DNA of 64,000 nt from a virus (taxonomy: Duplodnaviria > Caudoviricetes), in IMG/VR virus record IMGVR_UViG_3300014205_000185, positions 53,994-117,993 of that record; one strand, given 5' to 3'. Positions 38,342 to 47,252 of the stretch are shown one piece after another. The notes under the pieces are model-generated. The model had not been told where the DNA came from and ran no database searches. It saw nothing but the letters and a program-made list of their open reading frames with translations. Position 1 is the stretch's first letter. Every line of letters begins with the position of its first letter. The position numbers were made by a program, and so were the translations under genes.

Positions 38342-40256
38342 GGATCACGCCATCTCGCTGCAAGGTCGCCAGCAGGTTCGGCGGATCGTGAGCGACGCTG
38401 CGGGTCAACAGGATCGTGCAGTAGCGAGAAAGGCTCTCTCTCAGCTTCTCGGTGGGGAAGTCGTCGGCGAAGAAGCTCGTCATCGACTCCAGCTGGTCCC
38501 AGGCGCCGGCCAGCAACCGGTTGGCATGCGCTGTGTCCTGCACTCGGATCCGGGTGTGCAGCTCGTGCGCCGGTACATCGGGCCAGCGGTTGCGGTTATG
38601 CCGGTCGAGCAACTGCTTGCCAGCGCGCTCCAGGCCGCGGCGAACGGTGGCCTCGGCCAGGACGACGACGCCCATCTCCTCGGCCGTGAAGGCGGACGCC
38701 TGTAGACCCGTGGGTGGAGCGCCTCCACCCGGTGGGGGGGCGCCGATCTTGTCTTGGGTATCCGGCATAGGCGGCGGCAGGCTGGTCTGAATGCCAGTTG
38801 GCGGCGGCGGAGGTGGCGGGGGAGGACCACCACTTCCGCCGCCGCCCATAGAAATGCTCTGGGCCGTAGGGGCGATCATCGCCGACTGCGGCAGGATTTC
38901 CTCGGTGATGCCGATGGCTTCACGAATGGCCTGGTTCTGGATCAGTTGAGGATCGCGGAGCACGACCTCTTGGAGGTACCGCTTACCGGATTCCTTGTCG
39001 TCCGGCTGCTGCGAGTCCCGGAAGAAGCCTTCCTCGCGCACGGCCTCGGCACTGATGATGCCCTTCTCGTACAGGTTCAGGGCGTCCTGGAGGCGTTGCG
39101 GCCGGAGAGTCAGTGGACTCGTATCGAACTGATAGGTGTACCGGCTCGGGTCCTCGTCCATGAGGCGCAGAGCCGGCACCAGGTAGGCCTCAGTCAAGGC
39201 CTGACAGATCCGGTTCATCAATGGCTCGATGTGAACCTTGATGCCATAGCCATCGATAAGGAAGCCGCTCCAGTGGTTCGTGTCGCCCATTCCGGACAAC
39301 ACCTCAGGAGGCATGTCCATACCGACGCCGAGGCGCTCGATAGCTTCCTTACGTAAGTCCATCGCCTGCTTGGACAGCTCCGACTCGAAGGTCAGAAGCT
39401 TCCAGCCCTCGGCATTATGAGACTCGACAATGTGTGGCAGTACGCCCAGCGCAGAGCCCTCCCCGCGAAGGCTCTGCGCGCCCGCGGTGGCCAGGCGCAT
39501 CATCAGTGACTCAGAAGCTGTGGTGTTCTCTTCGTCAGGCAGATCTACGTCGTCGGGCATGATGAGGATGCCCGCGCCCACGAGACGTGAATCGATCTGC
39601 GAGGCCACGTACTTAGTGAGCTGCTCCAGCTCCCGCAGGATCATTGAGCAGGATCGAGCTGGAGAGTCGGCGCACCAGACGCGCTCCGGGTCCGGTGTCC
39701 AGACCCGGGTGACGACGTTTCGTTCCAGGTCCAGGCGCATCGGGTTGCCCTTGGGCCCCCAGGCCCAGTCCCACTCGCCGTTACTGCCTTTGATCCGGCG
39801 GAACTCGGTAGGGGTGACGATGTACCAGCGGTCTCGGGCCGTCTCGTCGTCAGGACGGCCGACGATGTAGCACTCGCCGCTGATGGTCAAGTCAATGCCC
39901 ATCATGCGTAAGTGCTCGGCCTTGGACATCGGGCCACCGAGCAGGGTGTCACTCAGGGCCTGAATCTTTTTGTTTCTGGTTTCTCCCTGAATGCGCCCGA
40001 GCTGGTCCACATTAGCCACATAGATGCGCACCCGAGAGCAGCATTGGCCAACCCAGCTTGCTGCGGCCCGCAGTTCCGGCGTAATCCGATAGAGACGCCA
40101 CAGCTCTCGCTGCCATGCTTCGTCGCGGAATCGCCAGGTCGCATAACTGGCGTCGTCGAAGCGGAACCTAAGGGCCGACGCAACCAATGACCTAGGGACA
40201 GCTGACGCTACTGATGCAGTGAGCGCCGCTGGTGTCTTGCCCCTTAGGAACGCCAT
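38334..40256 (-). CDS. portal protein
   Basis: WQRELW, RVWTPDP, DSP, SRLVGAGIL, DMPPEVL, NHWS. Confidence 0.85.
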   Translation of the reverse strand: MAFLRGKTPAALTASVASAVPRSLVASALRFRFDDASYATWRFRDEAWQRELWRLYRITPELRAAASWVGQCCSRVRIYVANVDQLGRIQGETRNKKIQALSDTLLGGPMSKAEHLRMMGIDLTISGECYIVGRPDDETARDRWYIVTPTEFRRIKGSNGEWDWAWGPKGNPMRLDLERNVVTRVWTPDPERVWCADSPARSCSMILRELEQLTKYVASQIDSRLVGAGILIMPDDVDLPDEENTTASESLMMRLATAGAQSLRGEGSALGVLPHIVESHNAEGWKLLTFESELSKQAMDLRKEAIERLGVGMDMPPEVLSGMGDTNHWSGFLIDGYGIKVHIEPLMNRICQALTEAYLVPALRLMDEDPSRYTYQFDTSPLTLRPQRLQDALNLYEKGIISAEAVREEGFFRDSQQPDDKESGKRYLQEVVLRDPQLIQNQAIREAIGITEEILPQSAMIAPTAQSISMGGGGSGGPPPPPPPPPTGIQTSLPPPMPDTQDKIGAPPPGGGAPPTGLQASAFTAEEMGVVVLAEATVRRGLERAGKQLLDRHNRNRWPDVPAHELHTRIRVQDTAHANRLLAGAWDQLESMTSFFADDFPTEKLRESLSRYCTILLTRSVAHDPPNLLATLQRDGVIHA

Positions 40257-40556
40257 TTACTCTTGCTCCTCCAGGCGGGACAGCAGAATGGTTGCGTAGG
40301 ACATGCCCATCCATGCAGGCAGCATGAGCCACCACCAGTGCAGCGGCAACGTCAAGGAGCCCCACATAAAGGCTGCTGGAATAGCGATCCAGACACTGGC
40401 GCAAGCCCGGCAATGAAATAAGTAGCTAACTTCAGATTCGTCGCCGAACTTATCGACTACCCAGCGACGCAGAAAAAGCATGATGCGGTCAGCCGTCACC
40501 AGTCGCGTGACCCTGGCTACGGCTAGCGTCATAAGGATCAGCGAGGCCCATACCAT
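40257..40556 (-). CDS. DUF1360-like membrane protein
   Basis: ARVTRLVTAD and CxxCxSVW motifs, hydrophobic. Confidence 0.7.
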   Translation of the reverse strand: MVWASLILMTLAVARVTRLVTADRIMLFLRRWVVDKFGDESEVSYLFHCRACASVWIAIPAAFMWGSLTLPLHWWWLMLPAWMGMSYATILLSRLEEQE

Positions 40557-40618
40557 GCAATTATCTTAGGGGCAAGATCCGGCTTTACATATCGTTGCCC
40601 GTGCGTCAATTAAATGCA

Positions 40619-40632
40619 CCCCGTCATGGGGG
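40619..40632 (+). promoter_or_regulatory. palindromic operator-like motif copy 1
   Basis: CCCCGTCATGGGGG, 2 nt before TAGAGT -10-like hexamer. Confidence 0.6.
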
Positions 40633-40648
40633 TGTAGAGTTTCGGGGT

Positions 40649-40984
40649 ATGAAGATTGACCCTTGGGTGGTCTCCGTAGGGGAGGCCTTAATGTTCGTCT
40701 GCCCTACGTGTCAGGCTGCAATAGGGAAGCCGTGTCGATACGTAGGCACCCTGCCCCGACGGGGGAACCTCACCCGGAACGTGCACAGCTACCGCCGGAA
40801 CCTGGCCCGTCGAGCCCGACAGCACCCCGGCATACCGCCGGCCGAGTTTTACCAGCCTGAGTTCCCGGTGCCGTCCGCCGAGATCAGGTCGGCGGCTCAG
40901 GCCTTACGCGACTTCGATCTTGAGGAGCACCGCAAACTCCATGGCTGGCTGCGGCGCTACGGTCGCATACTTGTCGACGTGTAG
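40649..40984 (+). CDS. zinc-finger protein
   Basis: CPTCQAAIGKPC...H..R. Confidence 0.65.
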   Translation: MKIDPWVVSVGEALMFVCPTCQAAIGKPCRYVGTLPRRGNLTRNVHSYRRNLARRARQHPGIPPAEFYQPEFPVPSAEIRSAAQALRDFDLEEHRKLHGWLRRYGRILVDV

Positions 40985-40995
40985 AGTCTCCGGCC

Positions 40996-41286
40996 ATGAC
41001 TACGAGGAGTCTGGGCCTGAACCTACGTGGCGACGACCCGCGGCACGGAACCGTCAACGGGTACAGCAATCTCAAGTGCCGCTGCTTCGTGTGCAAGCAG
41101 GCCTGGACCGAGTACAACCGCGAGCAGCGGCTGGTCCGCTTCCTCCAGCTGACGCCCGACGACCCGCGGCACGGTAGCCGCAGCACGTACCTGAACTACG
41201 GATGTCGATGCGGTCTCTGTCGGACGGCAGCCAACACCTACAACCAGACGATCCGGAAAGCGAGGAGAGGTGCAGGAAAACCCTGA
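40996..41286 (+). CDS. protein with two HG-x-Y-CRCxxC Zn-binding repeats
   Basis: DDPRHGTVNGY..KCRCFVC and DDPRHGSRSTY..GCRCGLC. Confidence 0.75.
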   Translation: MTTRSLGLNLRGDDPRHGTVNGYSNLKCRCFVCKQAWTEYNREQRLVRFLQLTPDDPRHGSRSTYLNYGCRCGLCRTAANTYNQTIRKARRGAGKP

Positions 41287-42007
41287 GATCAACGTTCTGC
41301 TGCAAGGCATCGTTGGCTCTACTGCCTACGGCCTCGCCGGACCCGACTCCGATGTGGACAGACTCGGCGTCTTCGCCACACCTCTCGACCAGATCCTGAG
41401 CCTTGACCCGCCGGCCGACAGTATCGTGACTACGAAGCCAGACGTCACGATGCACGAGGCACTCAAGATGTGTCGGCTGCTCCTCAAGGGCAACCCGTCG
41501 GTGACCGAGCTGCTCTGGCTGCCCGAGGAGCTGTACGAGGTGAAGACAGAGCTGGGCGAGCAGCTCATCGCCATCCGTTCTGCCTTCCTCTCGGCATCCC
41601 AGGTCCGGGCTCGCTACCTCGGCTATGCCCGTTCCCAGTTCCATCGGCTCACGAAGCACGGAGACGGGGACGAAACCTTGGACCCTCGTAAGCACGTAGC
41701 GAAGCACGCCCGGCACCTCCTCCGCCTACTTGATCAAGGTCTGGTGCTGTACCAGACCGGCGAAGTTCAGGTGAGACTGGCCAATCCCCAGCGGTACTTC
41801 GACTTCGGCGAGATGGTCGCCAGGCGTCCCTCCTCGGCTGAGGAGTGGCTACTGCGGGCCGAGGAGCAGTTCGACTCCGCCGTCTCCGCACTGCCGAGCG
41901 AGCCGAACAAGGAGCTGGTGGAGGACTGGCTCTGGTCGGTACGGCACTATGCACCGCCGATCAAGCTCTCAGTTCCCGGTATGTGGGAGAGCGACAGAAC
42001 TGAATAG
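41270..42007 (+). CDS. Pol-beta superfamily nucleotidyltransferase (YcgL/RlaP-like)
   Basis: GSTAYGLAGPDSDVDRLGVF, GNPSVTELLW, HLLRLL. Confidence 0.85.
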   Translation: MQENPEINVLLQGIVGSTAYGLAGPDSDVDRLGVFATPLDQILSLDPPADSIVTTKPDVTMHEALKMCRLLLKGNPSVTELLWLPEELYEVKTELGEQLIAIRSAFLSASQVRARYLGYARSQFHRLTKHGDGDETLDPRKHVAKHARHLLRLLDQGLVLYQTGEVQVRLANPQRYFDFGEMVARRPSSAEEWLLRAEEQFDSAVSALPSEPNKELVEDWLWSVRHYAPPIKLSVPGMWESDRTE

Positions 42008-42054
42008 CCCCTGGTCCGCCCGGCGTTTTGCCCATAGGGCACAAGTTTTGTTTA

Positions 42055-42068
42055 CCCCGATGTGGGGG
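42055..42068 (+). promoter_or_regulatory. palindromic operator-like motif copy 2
   Basis: CCCCGATGTGGGGG, exact reverse complement of the copy at 58338. Confidence 0.55.
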
Positions 42069-42096
42069 TCGGGCGAATCTGTGCTTCGATGGGATT

Positions 42097-43410
42097 ATGA
42101 CCATGAACAAGACCCCTGGTCGGCACGCCGCATACGAGCCGCCGGCCGAGGACAACGTCACGGATCAATCCTGGAAAGACCGGTGGCTGCGTAACTGGAC
42201 TCCGCGCGAGCGGGTCATGGCCGCAGTCATGGCTCTCCTGGCGCCAGTCGCCCTGCTCGCGGGCGGCGGGATCGCCTGGGCGGCACTGCCAACGCAGAAC
42301 GCCACTCTGGCTCAGATCGGCTGCCCACCAGGGGTACCGCTGATCATCGAGCCGGACACCATGCTGGCTCACTGTGGAACGGACCCGAGTCCGACCGCAA
42401 CGACCAGCCCGTCGTCCTCGCCGAGTGCAACGGCAACATCGCCGGCACCTAGCCCGAGCACGACGACACCGCCACCTAGTCCGACAACGACCTCACCCGC
42501 GCCTAGCCCGACGACGACGAGTCCGTCGCCCAGCACGTCGCCCAGTACTTCACCGAGCCCGAGTACGACATCTCCACCCGCCGGGCCGCTGACGAACTGC
42601 TTCGGCGACGTGAAGTCGGTGCTCAACCAGGCGCGGCTGGCCGCATGTGGCTATCCGAACGAGAGCAATACTGGCGTCCCTGATGGCGTCCAGCTTTTCC
42701 CGGCGGCCGGACTGACGATCAACCAAACCGGTATCTACGTCAACAGAAACGTCACCGGTTGCGTCGTGGTCAACACCCAAGCCGGCCAGGAAGTGACGAT
42801 CCGGAACTTCCTGATCAACGCCACCGGCTGTGGACAGGGTGGCATCCAGCACTGGGGCGCGGGCAAGCTGACGGTCGAGGACACGACCGTCTACTGCACC
42901 CGGGCGAGCGGCCATGGGTTCTGGGTACAGAACACGACCGCAGTGCGGATCCACACGTACGGCTGCGAGAACGGGTTCGAATTGAACGCGAACTCGACGG
43001 TCCGCGATTCGATGATCGGTGGCTCGGAGGTTGGTAACAGCTCCGCTCACGGTGATGACATCCAGAGTCAGGGCGGCAACGACGTCTTCGTGTTGCACAA
43101 CACCTTCGTCGGCCTCAACCCCATCACGTCGTCCATCATCAGCAACCCGGACAACAACCGGCGCTGGACGATCCGCGACAACTTTTTCGCCGCTGGGGCA
43201 TACACCCTGTACTGCCCTGAGAACGTCGGCAACACCTGGATCGTGACCGGCAACCGGTTCTTCCCATACAGGAACGCTGCCGGCCAGCGACTCTATGCAG
43301 ACCTGGGCGACCTGCGCGCACCCGCGTACGGGTACACCGACGGCTGCGGCGGGGTCGGCACCTGGACGGGCAACTACCGAGACGACACCCTTGCCTCGGT
43401 CTCCCGTTAG
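42097..43410 (+). CDS. exported protein with Pro/Ser/Thr linker and beta-helix-like domain
   Basis: N-terminal hydrophobic segment, long P/S/T linker, GYPNESNTGVP, HGDDIQ. Confidence 0.75.
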   Translation: MTMNKTPGRHAAYEPPAEDNVTDQSWKDRWLRNWTPRERVMAAVMALLAPVALLAGGGIAWAALPTQNATLAQIGCPPGVPLIIEPDTMLAHCGTDPSPTATTSPSSSPSATATSPAPSPSTTTPPPSPTTTSPAPSPTTTSPSPSTSPSTSPSPSTTSPPAGPLTNCFGDVKSVLNQARLAACGYPNESNTGVPDGVQLFPAAGLTINQTGIYVNRNVTGCVVVNTQAGQEVTIRNFLINATGCGQGGIQHWGAGKLTVEDTTVYCTRASGHGFWVQNTTAVRIHTYGCENGFELNANSTVRDSMIGGSEVGNSSAHGDDIQSQGGNDVFVLHNTFVGLNPITSSIISNPDNNRRWTIRDNFFAAGAYTLYCPENVGNTWIVTGNRFFPYRNAAGQRLYADLGDLRAPAYGYTDGCGGVGTWTGNYRDDTLASVSR

Positions 43411-43421
43411 CCAGAAAACTC

Positions 43422-43450
43422 TTGACGCCACCCCGACGTCGGGGTAGTGT
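43422..43450 (+). promoter_or_regulatory. promoter of tRNA array with operator copy 3
   Basis: TTGACG-17 nt-TAGTGT; spacer contains perfect palindrome CCCCGACGTCGGGG. Confidence 0.7.
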
Positions 43451-43552
43451 TCCGGAAGTCATGAAAAAACCCCGAACCCCATTGCTGGGCAACGGGTGTA
43501 GGGCCTAGGCTCAGAACCGCGGCCGAATCTACTCAGTCGGAAGGGAGGGCAC

Positions 43553-43714
43553 ATGTTCGAGATCAATAAGCAGATCGCCAGCCGACAGAAGTCGGTGGGC
43601 GCGGAGCCTGTGTCCTCCCTCTCGGCCTGGGCCTTCCCGCTGTTGCCGTGTGGGCACTGGTTTGATTACCGGGCCAACGTGCGAACCCAGGGGGCACGAG
43701 TGGACAACGACTAG
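43553..43714 (+). CDS. putative leader peptide (53 aa)
   Basis: GGGAGG RBS; MFEINKQIASRQK...; followed by a hairpin. Confidence 0.45.
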   Translation: MFEINKQIASRQKSVGAEPVSSLSAWAFPLLPCGHWFDYRANVRTQGARVDND

Positions 43715-43732
43715 CTAGCAGAAGCGCAAGCT

Positions 43733-43777
43733 AGAGCCGCTCCCCGGGACACTCGGATCAGGGCGGCTCTTGTGTTG
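43733..43777 (+). terminator. terminator/attenuator-like hairpin before first tRNA
   Basis: AGAGCCGC...GCGGCTCT followed by TGTGTTGT. Confidence 0.5.
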
Positions 43778-43791
43778 TAGGACAACTTCAT

Positions 43792-43864
43792 TGGGGTGTA
43801 GCACAACTGGTCGTGCGTCGGTCTCCAAAACCGAAGGTTGCAGGTTCGAGCCCTGTCACCCCTG
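43792..43864 (+). tRNA. tRNA-Trp(CCA)
   Basis: cloverleaf; TCGGT-CTCCAAA-ACCGA. Confidence 0.9.
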
Positions 43865-43976
43865 CTTGGGTTCTGAGGAATCGGGACCTAGTTTCTTGAA
43901 AAGTCCACAGTGGAACAGCATGTGTTAAGACGCGGGGCCCCGACTCCTTCTTTCTTGGGGTCGGGCCTCCGCGCCT

Positions 43977-44051
43977 CGGGATGTAGCTCAGCTTGGTCAG
44001 AGTGTCTGGTTTGGGGCCAGAAAGCCGCAGGTTCGAATCCTGTCATCCCGA
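43977..44051 (+). tRNA. tRNA-Pro(TGG)
   Basis: TCTGG-TTTGGGG-CCAGA. Confidence 0.9.
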
Positions 44052-44059
44052 CGCAGCAA

Positions 44060-44132
44060 GGGCTCATAGCTCAATTGGTTGAGCACCTCTCTGGCAGGGA
44101 GGAGGTTTCGGGTTCAAATCCCGATGGGTCCA
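44060..44132 (+). tRNA. tRNA-Ala(GGC)
   Basis: CCTCT-CTGGCAG-GGAGG; G3:U70. Confidence 0.9.
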
Positions 44133-44184
44133 CGTCGAGGTGAGGAAACTCCGGGGCGAGTAACCCCGCCTCCCTCGGCTCCAT

Positions 44185-44257
44185 GGGGATATAGCTCAGC
44201 CGGTAGAGCGCTGTGTTCGCAACGCAGAGGCCCGCGGTTCGAATCCGCGTATCTCCA
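44185..44257 (+). tRNA. tRNA-Ala(CGC)
   Basis: CTGTG-TTCGCAA-CGCAG. Confidence 0.9.
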
Positions 44258-44263
44258 CCCCTT

Positions 44264-44336
44264 GCCCCCTTAGCTGAGATGGTTCAAGCGTTGGTCTGAA
44301 AAACCTGAGACGGCGGTTCGAGTCCGCCAGGGGGCA
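44264..44336 (+). tRNA. tRNA-Phe(GAA)
   Basis: loop CTGAAAA; GTTCGAGTC T arm. Confidence 0.85.
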
Positions 44337-44349
44337 CGCAGCAAAACCT

Positions 44350-44421
44350 GCACCGTTGGAGGAATGGGAACTCGTCTGCCCCTCAAGCAGAAGAATGCCG
44401 GTTCGACCCCGGCACGGTGTA
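44350..44421 (+). tRNA. tRNA-Glu(CTC)
   Basis: TCTGC-CCCTCAA-GCAGA. Confidence 0.8.
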
Positions 44422-44569
44422 CGTCCTCATCCCGGGCATGCCGCAGTCGACAGCGGTAAGGGATGTTGTGGGACCCGACGAATGCTCTCCCTTATTGAGG
44501 AGGGGGTGTGTATGCGGCAGTCGCCCTCCGCCACAGCCGAGTAGCGCTCCAGGATCCGGGTCCCATGAT

Positions 44570-44641
44570 GCGGGTGTAGCTCAATGGTCCGAGCATCTGG
44601 CTTCCAACCAGAGGATCAGGGTTCGATTCCCTGTACCCGTT
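44570..44641 (+). tRNA. tRNA-Gly(TCC)
   Basis: TCTGG-CTTCCAA-CCAGA. Confidence 0.9.
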
Positions 44642-44650
44642 CTCGTTCGT

Positions 44651-44723
44651 TGGCAGCTGGTCTAATTGGTAGGACGCCGGGCTTTGGTCTCGGATGGTAG
44701 AAGTTCGAGTCTTCTGCTGCCAG
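44651..44723 (+). tRNA. tRNA-Gln(TTG)
   Basis: CCGGG-CTTTGGT-CTCGG. Confidence 0.85.
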
Positions 44724-44742
44724 CTCGACCCTGGAGGGAAGC

Positions 44743-45012
44743 ATGATCAATTGTTTTAGGTGCGATCAGGCCATGAAGCCAGCCTTTCCGAGTGAGTTGG
44801 ACTTACCGCAGCCGGCTCATGGAGTCATGTTTACAGCTCATGGCAACTTCGGAAGTCGGGTCTTCGATCCGATATCCAGCTCCCCGTCGCTGCTCATTCT
44901 GATCTGCGACAACTGCCTGTTGGCGAACAAGGAGCAGGTCATGACCGCTCGTCTCAAGCAGGAGACGAGGCACGAATACGGGCCCTGGGATCCCCAGGCG
45001 GCCTACAACTAG
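44743..45012 (+). CDS. hypothetical Zn-ribbon protein
   Basis: GGAGGG RBS; CFRC...GNFGSRVFD...ICDNC. Confidence 0.75.
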   Translation: MINCFRCDQAMKPAFPSELDLPQPAHGVMFTAHGNFGSRVFDPISSSPSLLILICDNCLLANKEQVMTARLKQETRHEYGPWDPQAAYN

Positions 45013-45086
45013 CCGTTCTATCCCAATCGGTAGAGGAAGCGGACTCAAAAACCGTCAACGTCACAGTTCGAATCTGTGGAGCGGCA
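45012..45086 (+). tRNA. tRNA-Leu(CAA), short variable arm
   Basis: loop CTCAAAA. Confidence 0.85.
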
Positions 45087-45093
45087 CATACAT

Positions 45094-45166
45094 GCCCTCA
45101 AAGCTCACGAGGTGGAGCGCCGCCATGGTAAGGCGGAGGCTGTCGGTTCGAATCCGACTGGGGGCT
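45094..45166 (+). tRNA. tRNA-Thr(GGT)
   Basis: CCGCC-ATGGTAA-GGCGG. Confidence 0.85.
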
Positions 45167-45241
45167 CGCGCGGTAGTTTAATGAGGTTAAAACCCCTGGC
45201 TGATAACCAGAGAGAAACGGGTTCGAGGCCCGTCGGCGCAA
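45167..45241 (+). tRNA. tRNA-Ile(GAT)-like, degenerate acceptor stem
   Basis: loop CTGATAA; C1:A72 and G6:G67 mismatches. Confidence 0.6.
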
Positions 45242-45246
45242 CGCAT

Positions 45247-45320
45247 GCGGATGTAGCTCAGTTGGTCAGAGTGCAACCTTGCCAAGGTTGAGGTCGCCGG
45301 TTCGACCCCGGTCATCCGCT
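45247..45320 (+). tRNA. tRNA-Gly(GCC)
   Basis: CAACC-TTGCCAA-GGTTG. Confidence 0.92.
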
Positions 45321-45362
45321 CGTTATATGGAAGCTCGCTCGCCTCACAAATAGGATGTAGGA

Positions 45363-45569
45363 ATGTTGGACACCGCGCAGCCCGAGTTAATCCGATCGTG
45401 GCACAAGCCACGACGGTGCGAATCTTCAGTTTGTGTGGAAGTGACCTTCCCGGAAGAGAAGGAGATCGTCGGCGTCCGAACGTCGTCGATGCAGCTTCCT
45501 ATCGTTTTCGACTATCACGAGTGGCGCGAGTTCATCGCTGGCGTCAAGCGCGGAGAGTACGACATCTGA
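45363..45569 (+). CDS. DUF397-like protein
   Basis: WHK..RC....CVEV, VGVR.S, EWREFIAGVKRGEYD. Confidence 0.8.
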   Translation: MLDTAQPELIRSWHKPRRCESSVCVEVTFPEEKEIVGVRTSSMQLPIVFDYHEWREFIAGVKRGEYDI

Positions 45570-45617
45570 TCGTCGAACCGCGCTGCACCCTGCACCTAGC
45601 AAAGGAAGGTGATCCCA

Positions 45618-46058
45618 GTGCAGGCGGTTCAGGTTCTCAATGCTGATCTCGGATACCTACACCGGGTCAGCCTTCGGCACGCGATCCGGATGCTCTGCCG
45701 CAACGTGGCAGAGGTCCATGAAGCGGAGCCTGACATATGGCTCGGGCCATTCCCGATGCCAAAGGTCGTCCGTCTGGTGCGCTACGTCGTCACCAGGTGG
45801 CGTTACAGCGAAGGTCCGGCCTGGTCGCGGGCGGGCGTCATCCGTCGGGACGTCGGGGTCTGTGGCTACTGTGGCCGACCCGGTAACACCGTCGACCACG
45901 TCCTGCCGACTTCCCGTGGCGGCAAGAACACGTGGGCCAATACGGTTTGCAGCTGCGATAGCTGCAATCAGAGCAAGGGCGACATGACGCCGAGCGAGGC
46001 ACACATGAGCCTGCGGATCAAGCCCACATCGCCTAGCTGGGCATCGATGGCGCACTAG
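45618..46058 (+). CDS. HNH endonuclease
   Basis: VLNAD, RD..CGYCG, TVDHVLPTSRGG.NTWAN.V..C..CN..K. Confidence 0.9.
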   Translation: MQAVQVLNADLGYLHRVSLRHAIRMLCRNVAEVHEAEPDIWLGPFPMPKVVRLVRYVVTRWRYSEGPAWSRAGVIRRDVGVCGYCGRPGNTVDHVLPTSRGGKNTWANTVCSCDSCNQSKGDMTPSEAHMSLRIKPTSPSWASMAH

Positions 46059-46080
46059 TTCCTGGAGGAGGAGCGCAGCC

Positions 46081-46389
46081 ATGAAGTACGAGGAGGCGCT
46101 CCAACTCTGGGGTGCGAAGAAGTTGAGCGAGGTGTACCCACGTCTCGCAATCGACTCAGCTACGGTCCACGTCGGCATGCAGTTCGACAAGGGCTACGTC
46201 TGCTGCGGCGGGCGAGACCCGGACTGCTACTGCTCCCGCGCTGAGTCGCCATCGGCAAGCGTTCGGATTACGGCGTGGACACGGGACATGTCCCGTCAGG
46301 CGTCGGTCGACATTGACGCCGAGGACTTCGACTTCGCAACGGTACTCAGCGAAATCATCGCCGTCAGCGATGGGGCACTAACTGCATAG
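46081..46389 (+). CDS. hypothetical protein
   Basis: GGAGGAGG RBS, 102 aa. Confidence 0.75.
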   Translation: MKYEEALQLWGAKKLSEVYPRLAIDSATVHVGMQFDKGYVCCGGRDPDCYCSRAESPSASVRITAWTRDMSRQASVDIDAEDFDFATVLSEIIAVSDGALTA

Positions 46390-46410
46390 AGCCCAGGAGA
46401 GAGGCTCAAG

Positions 46411-46614
46411 ATGAACTGCGATACATACTGCTCCCACGGCGGTGTGTGCGTGTTATCCCAGGGGCACGAAGGATTGCACGACTCGAACTACTGCACGTGG
46501 GCCGACGAGGAAAGCATCAGTCGAGATGAGGCCAATGAGAAGTTGGCCGACGTAAGTCCGCTTGGCCGAGCGCTGTCGCTTCTCTGGGAGGCCGCAGTTC
46601 CCAGAGAAGATTGA
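46411..46614 (+). CDS. hypothetical Cys/His-rich protein
   Basis: C.L..GHEGLH motif; RBS. Confidence 0.65.
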   Translation: MNCDTYCSHGGVCVLSQGHEGLHDSNYCTWADEESISRDEANEKLADVSPLGRALSLLWEAAVPRED

Positions 46615-46675
46615 TGGCGCCGAACCAGACTTCTGGGCCCCGCTTACTGTGAGGGGGGCGGGGCCCAGAACTCAT

Positions 46676-46746
46676 TCCCGGATCGTCTAACGGTAGGACG
46701 CCTGGCTCTGAACCAGGCAATTGAGGTTCGAATCCTTGTCCGGGAG
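46676..46746 (+). tRNA. tRNA-Gln(CTG)
   Basis: CCTGG-CTCTGAA-CCAGG. Confidence 0.9.
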
Positions 46747-46833
46747 CGTAGTTAGGGGCGCGCAAGCGCTGGGCTCGGGAGTGCACCCCAATGGGCCCGG
46801 GAACTGAGTTCGCGACAAGGGGACCCCGTTTTC

Positions 46834-46909
46834 GTCTGAGTGGGCAAATTGGCAAAGCCGCCAGCTTGAGGGGCTGGAGATGCTGCGGGTTCGACTCCCG
46901 CCTTGGACA
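46834..46909 (+). tRNA. tRNA-Leu(GAG)
   Basis: CCAGC-TTGAGGG-GCTGG. Confidence 0.85.
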
Positions 46910-47007
46910 CGCAGTTGCTACAGAACCTGCCTGTACTGGCGGTGGTTCCAGGTAAACCAATAATCTTCGTGACGGCCCTGGACTTTGCGTCCGCCCAACT
47001 GCACTAT

Positions 47008-47081
47008 GCCGACTTAGCTCAGTTGGTCAGAGCGTCCGCCTTGTAAGCGGAGGGTCGGGAGTTCGATCCTCCCAGTCGGCT
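47008..47081 (+). tRNA. tRNA-Thr(TGT)
   Basis: TCCGC-CTTGTAA-GCGGA. Confidence 0.9.
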
Positions 47082-47086
47082 CGCTT

Positions 47087-47159
47087 GCCCTTGTAGCTCA
47101 GCTGGTAGAGCGTCGCACTCGTAATGCGAAGGTACCCGGTTCGAGTCCGGGCTTGGGCT
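47087..47159 (+). tRNA. tRNA-Thr(CGT)
   Basis: TCGCA-CTCGTAA-TGCGA. Confidence 0.9.
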
Positions 47160-47252
47160 CCGTACACAGTGGACATGGAGGTGATCACGATGACCGCTAA
47201 CCGGCGCTAGTCCAGGCGAAAGACGCCTGGCGGCCGAGGACGAGGTCGTTAC

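Noticed and set aside
21-40190. Many long plus-strand ORFs opposite the structural genes (e.g. 7058-8020, 9178-10176, 20395-21342, 28830-29951, 30609-31751)
   Set aside because: Antisense shadows of GC3-rich genes; no motifs or RBS
42390-42580. Short tandem-like repeats
   Set aside because: Pro/Ser/Thr linker coding sequence
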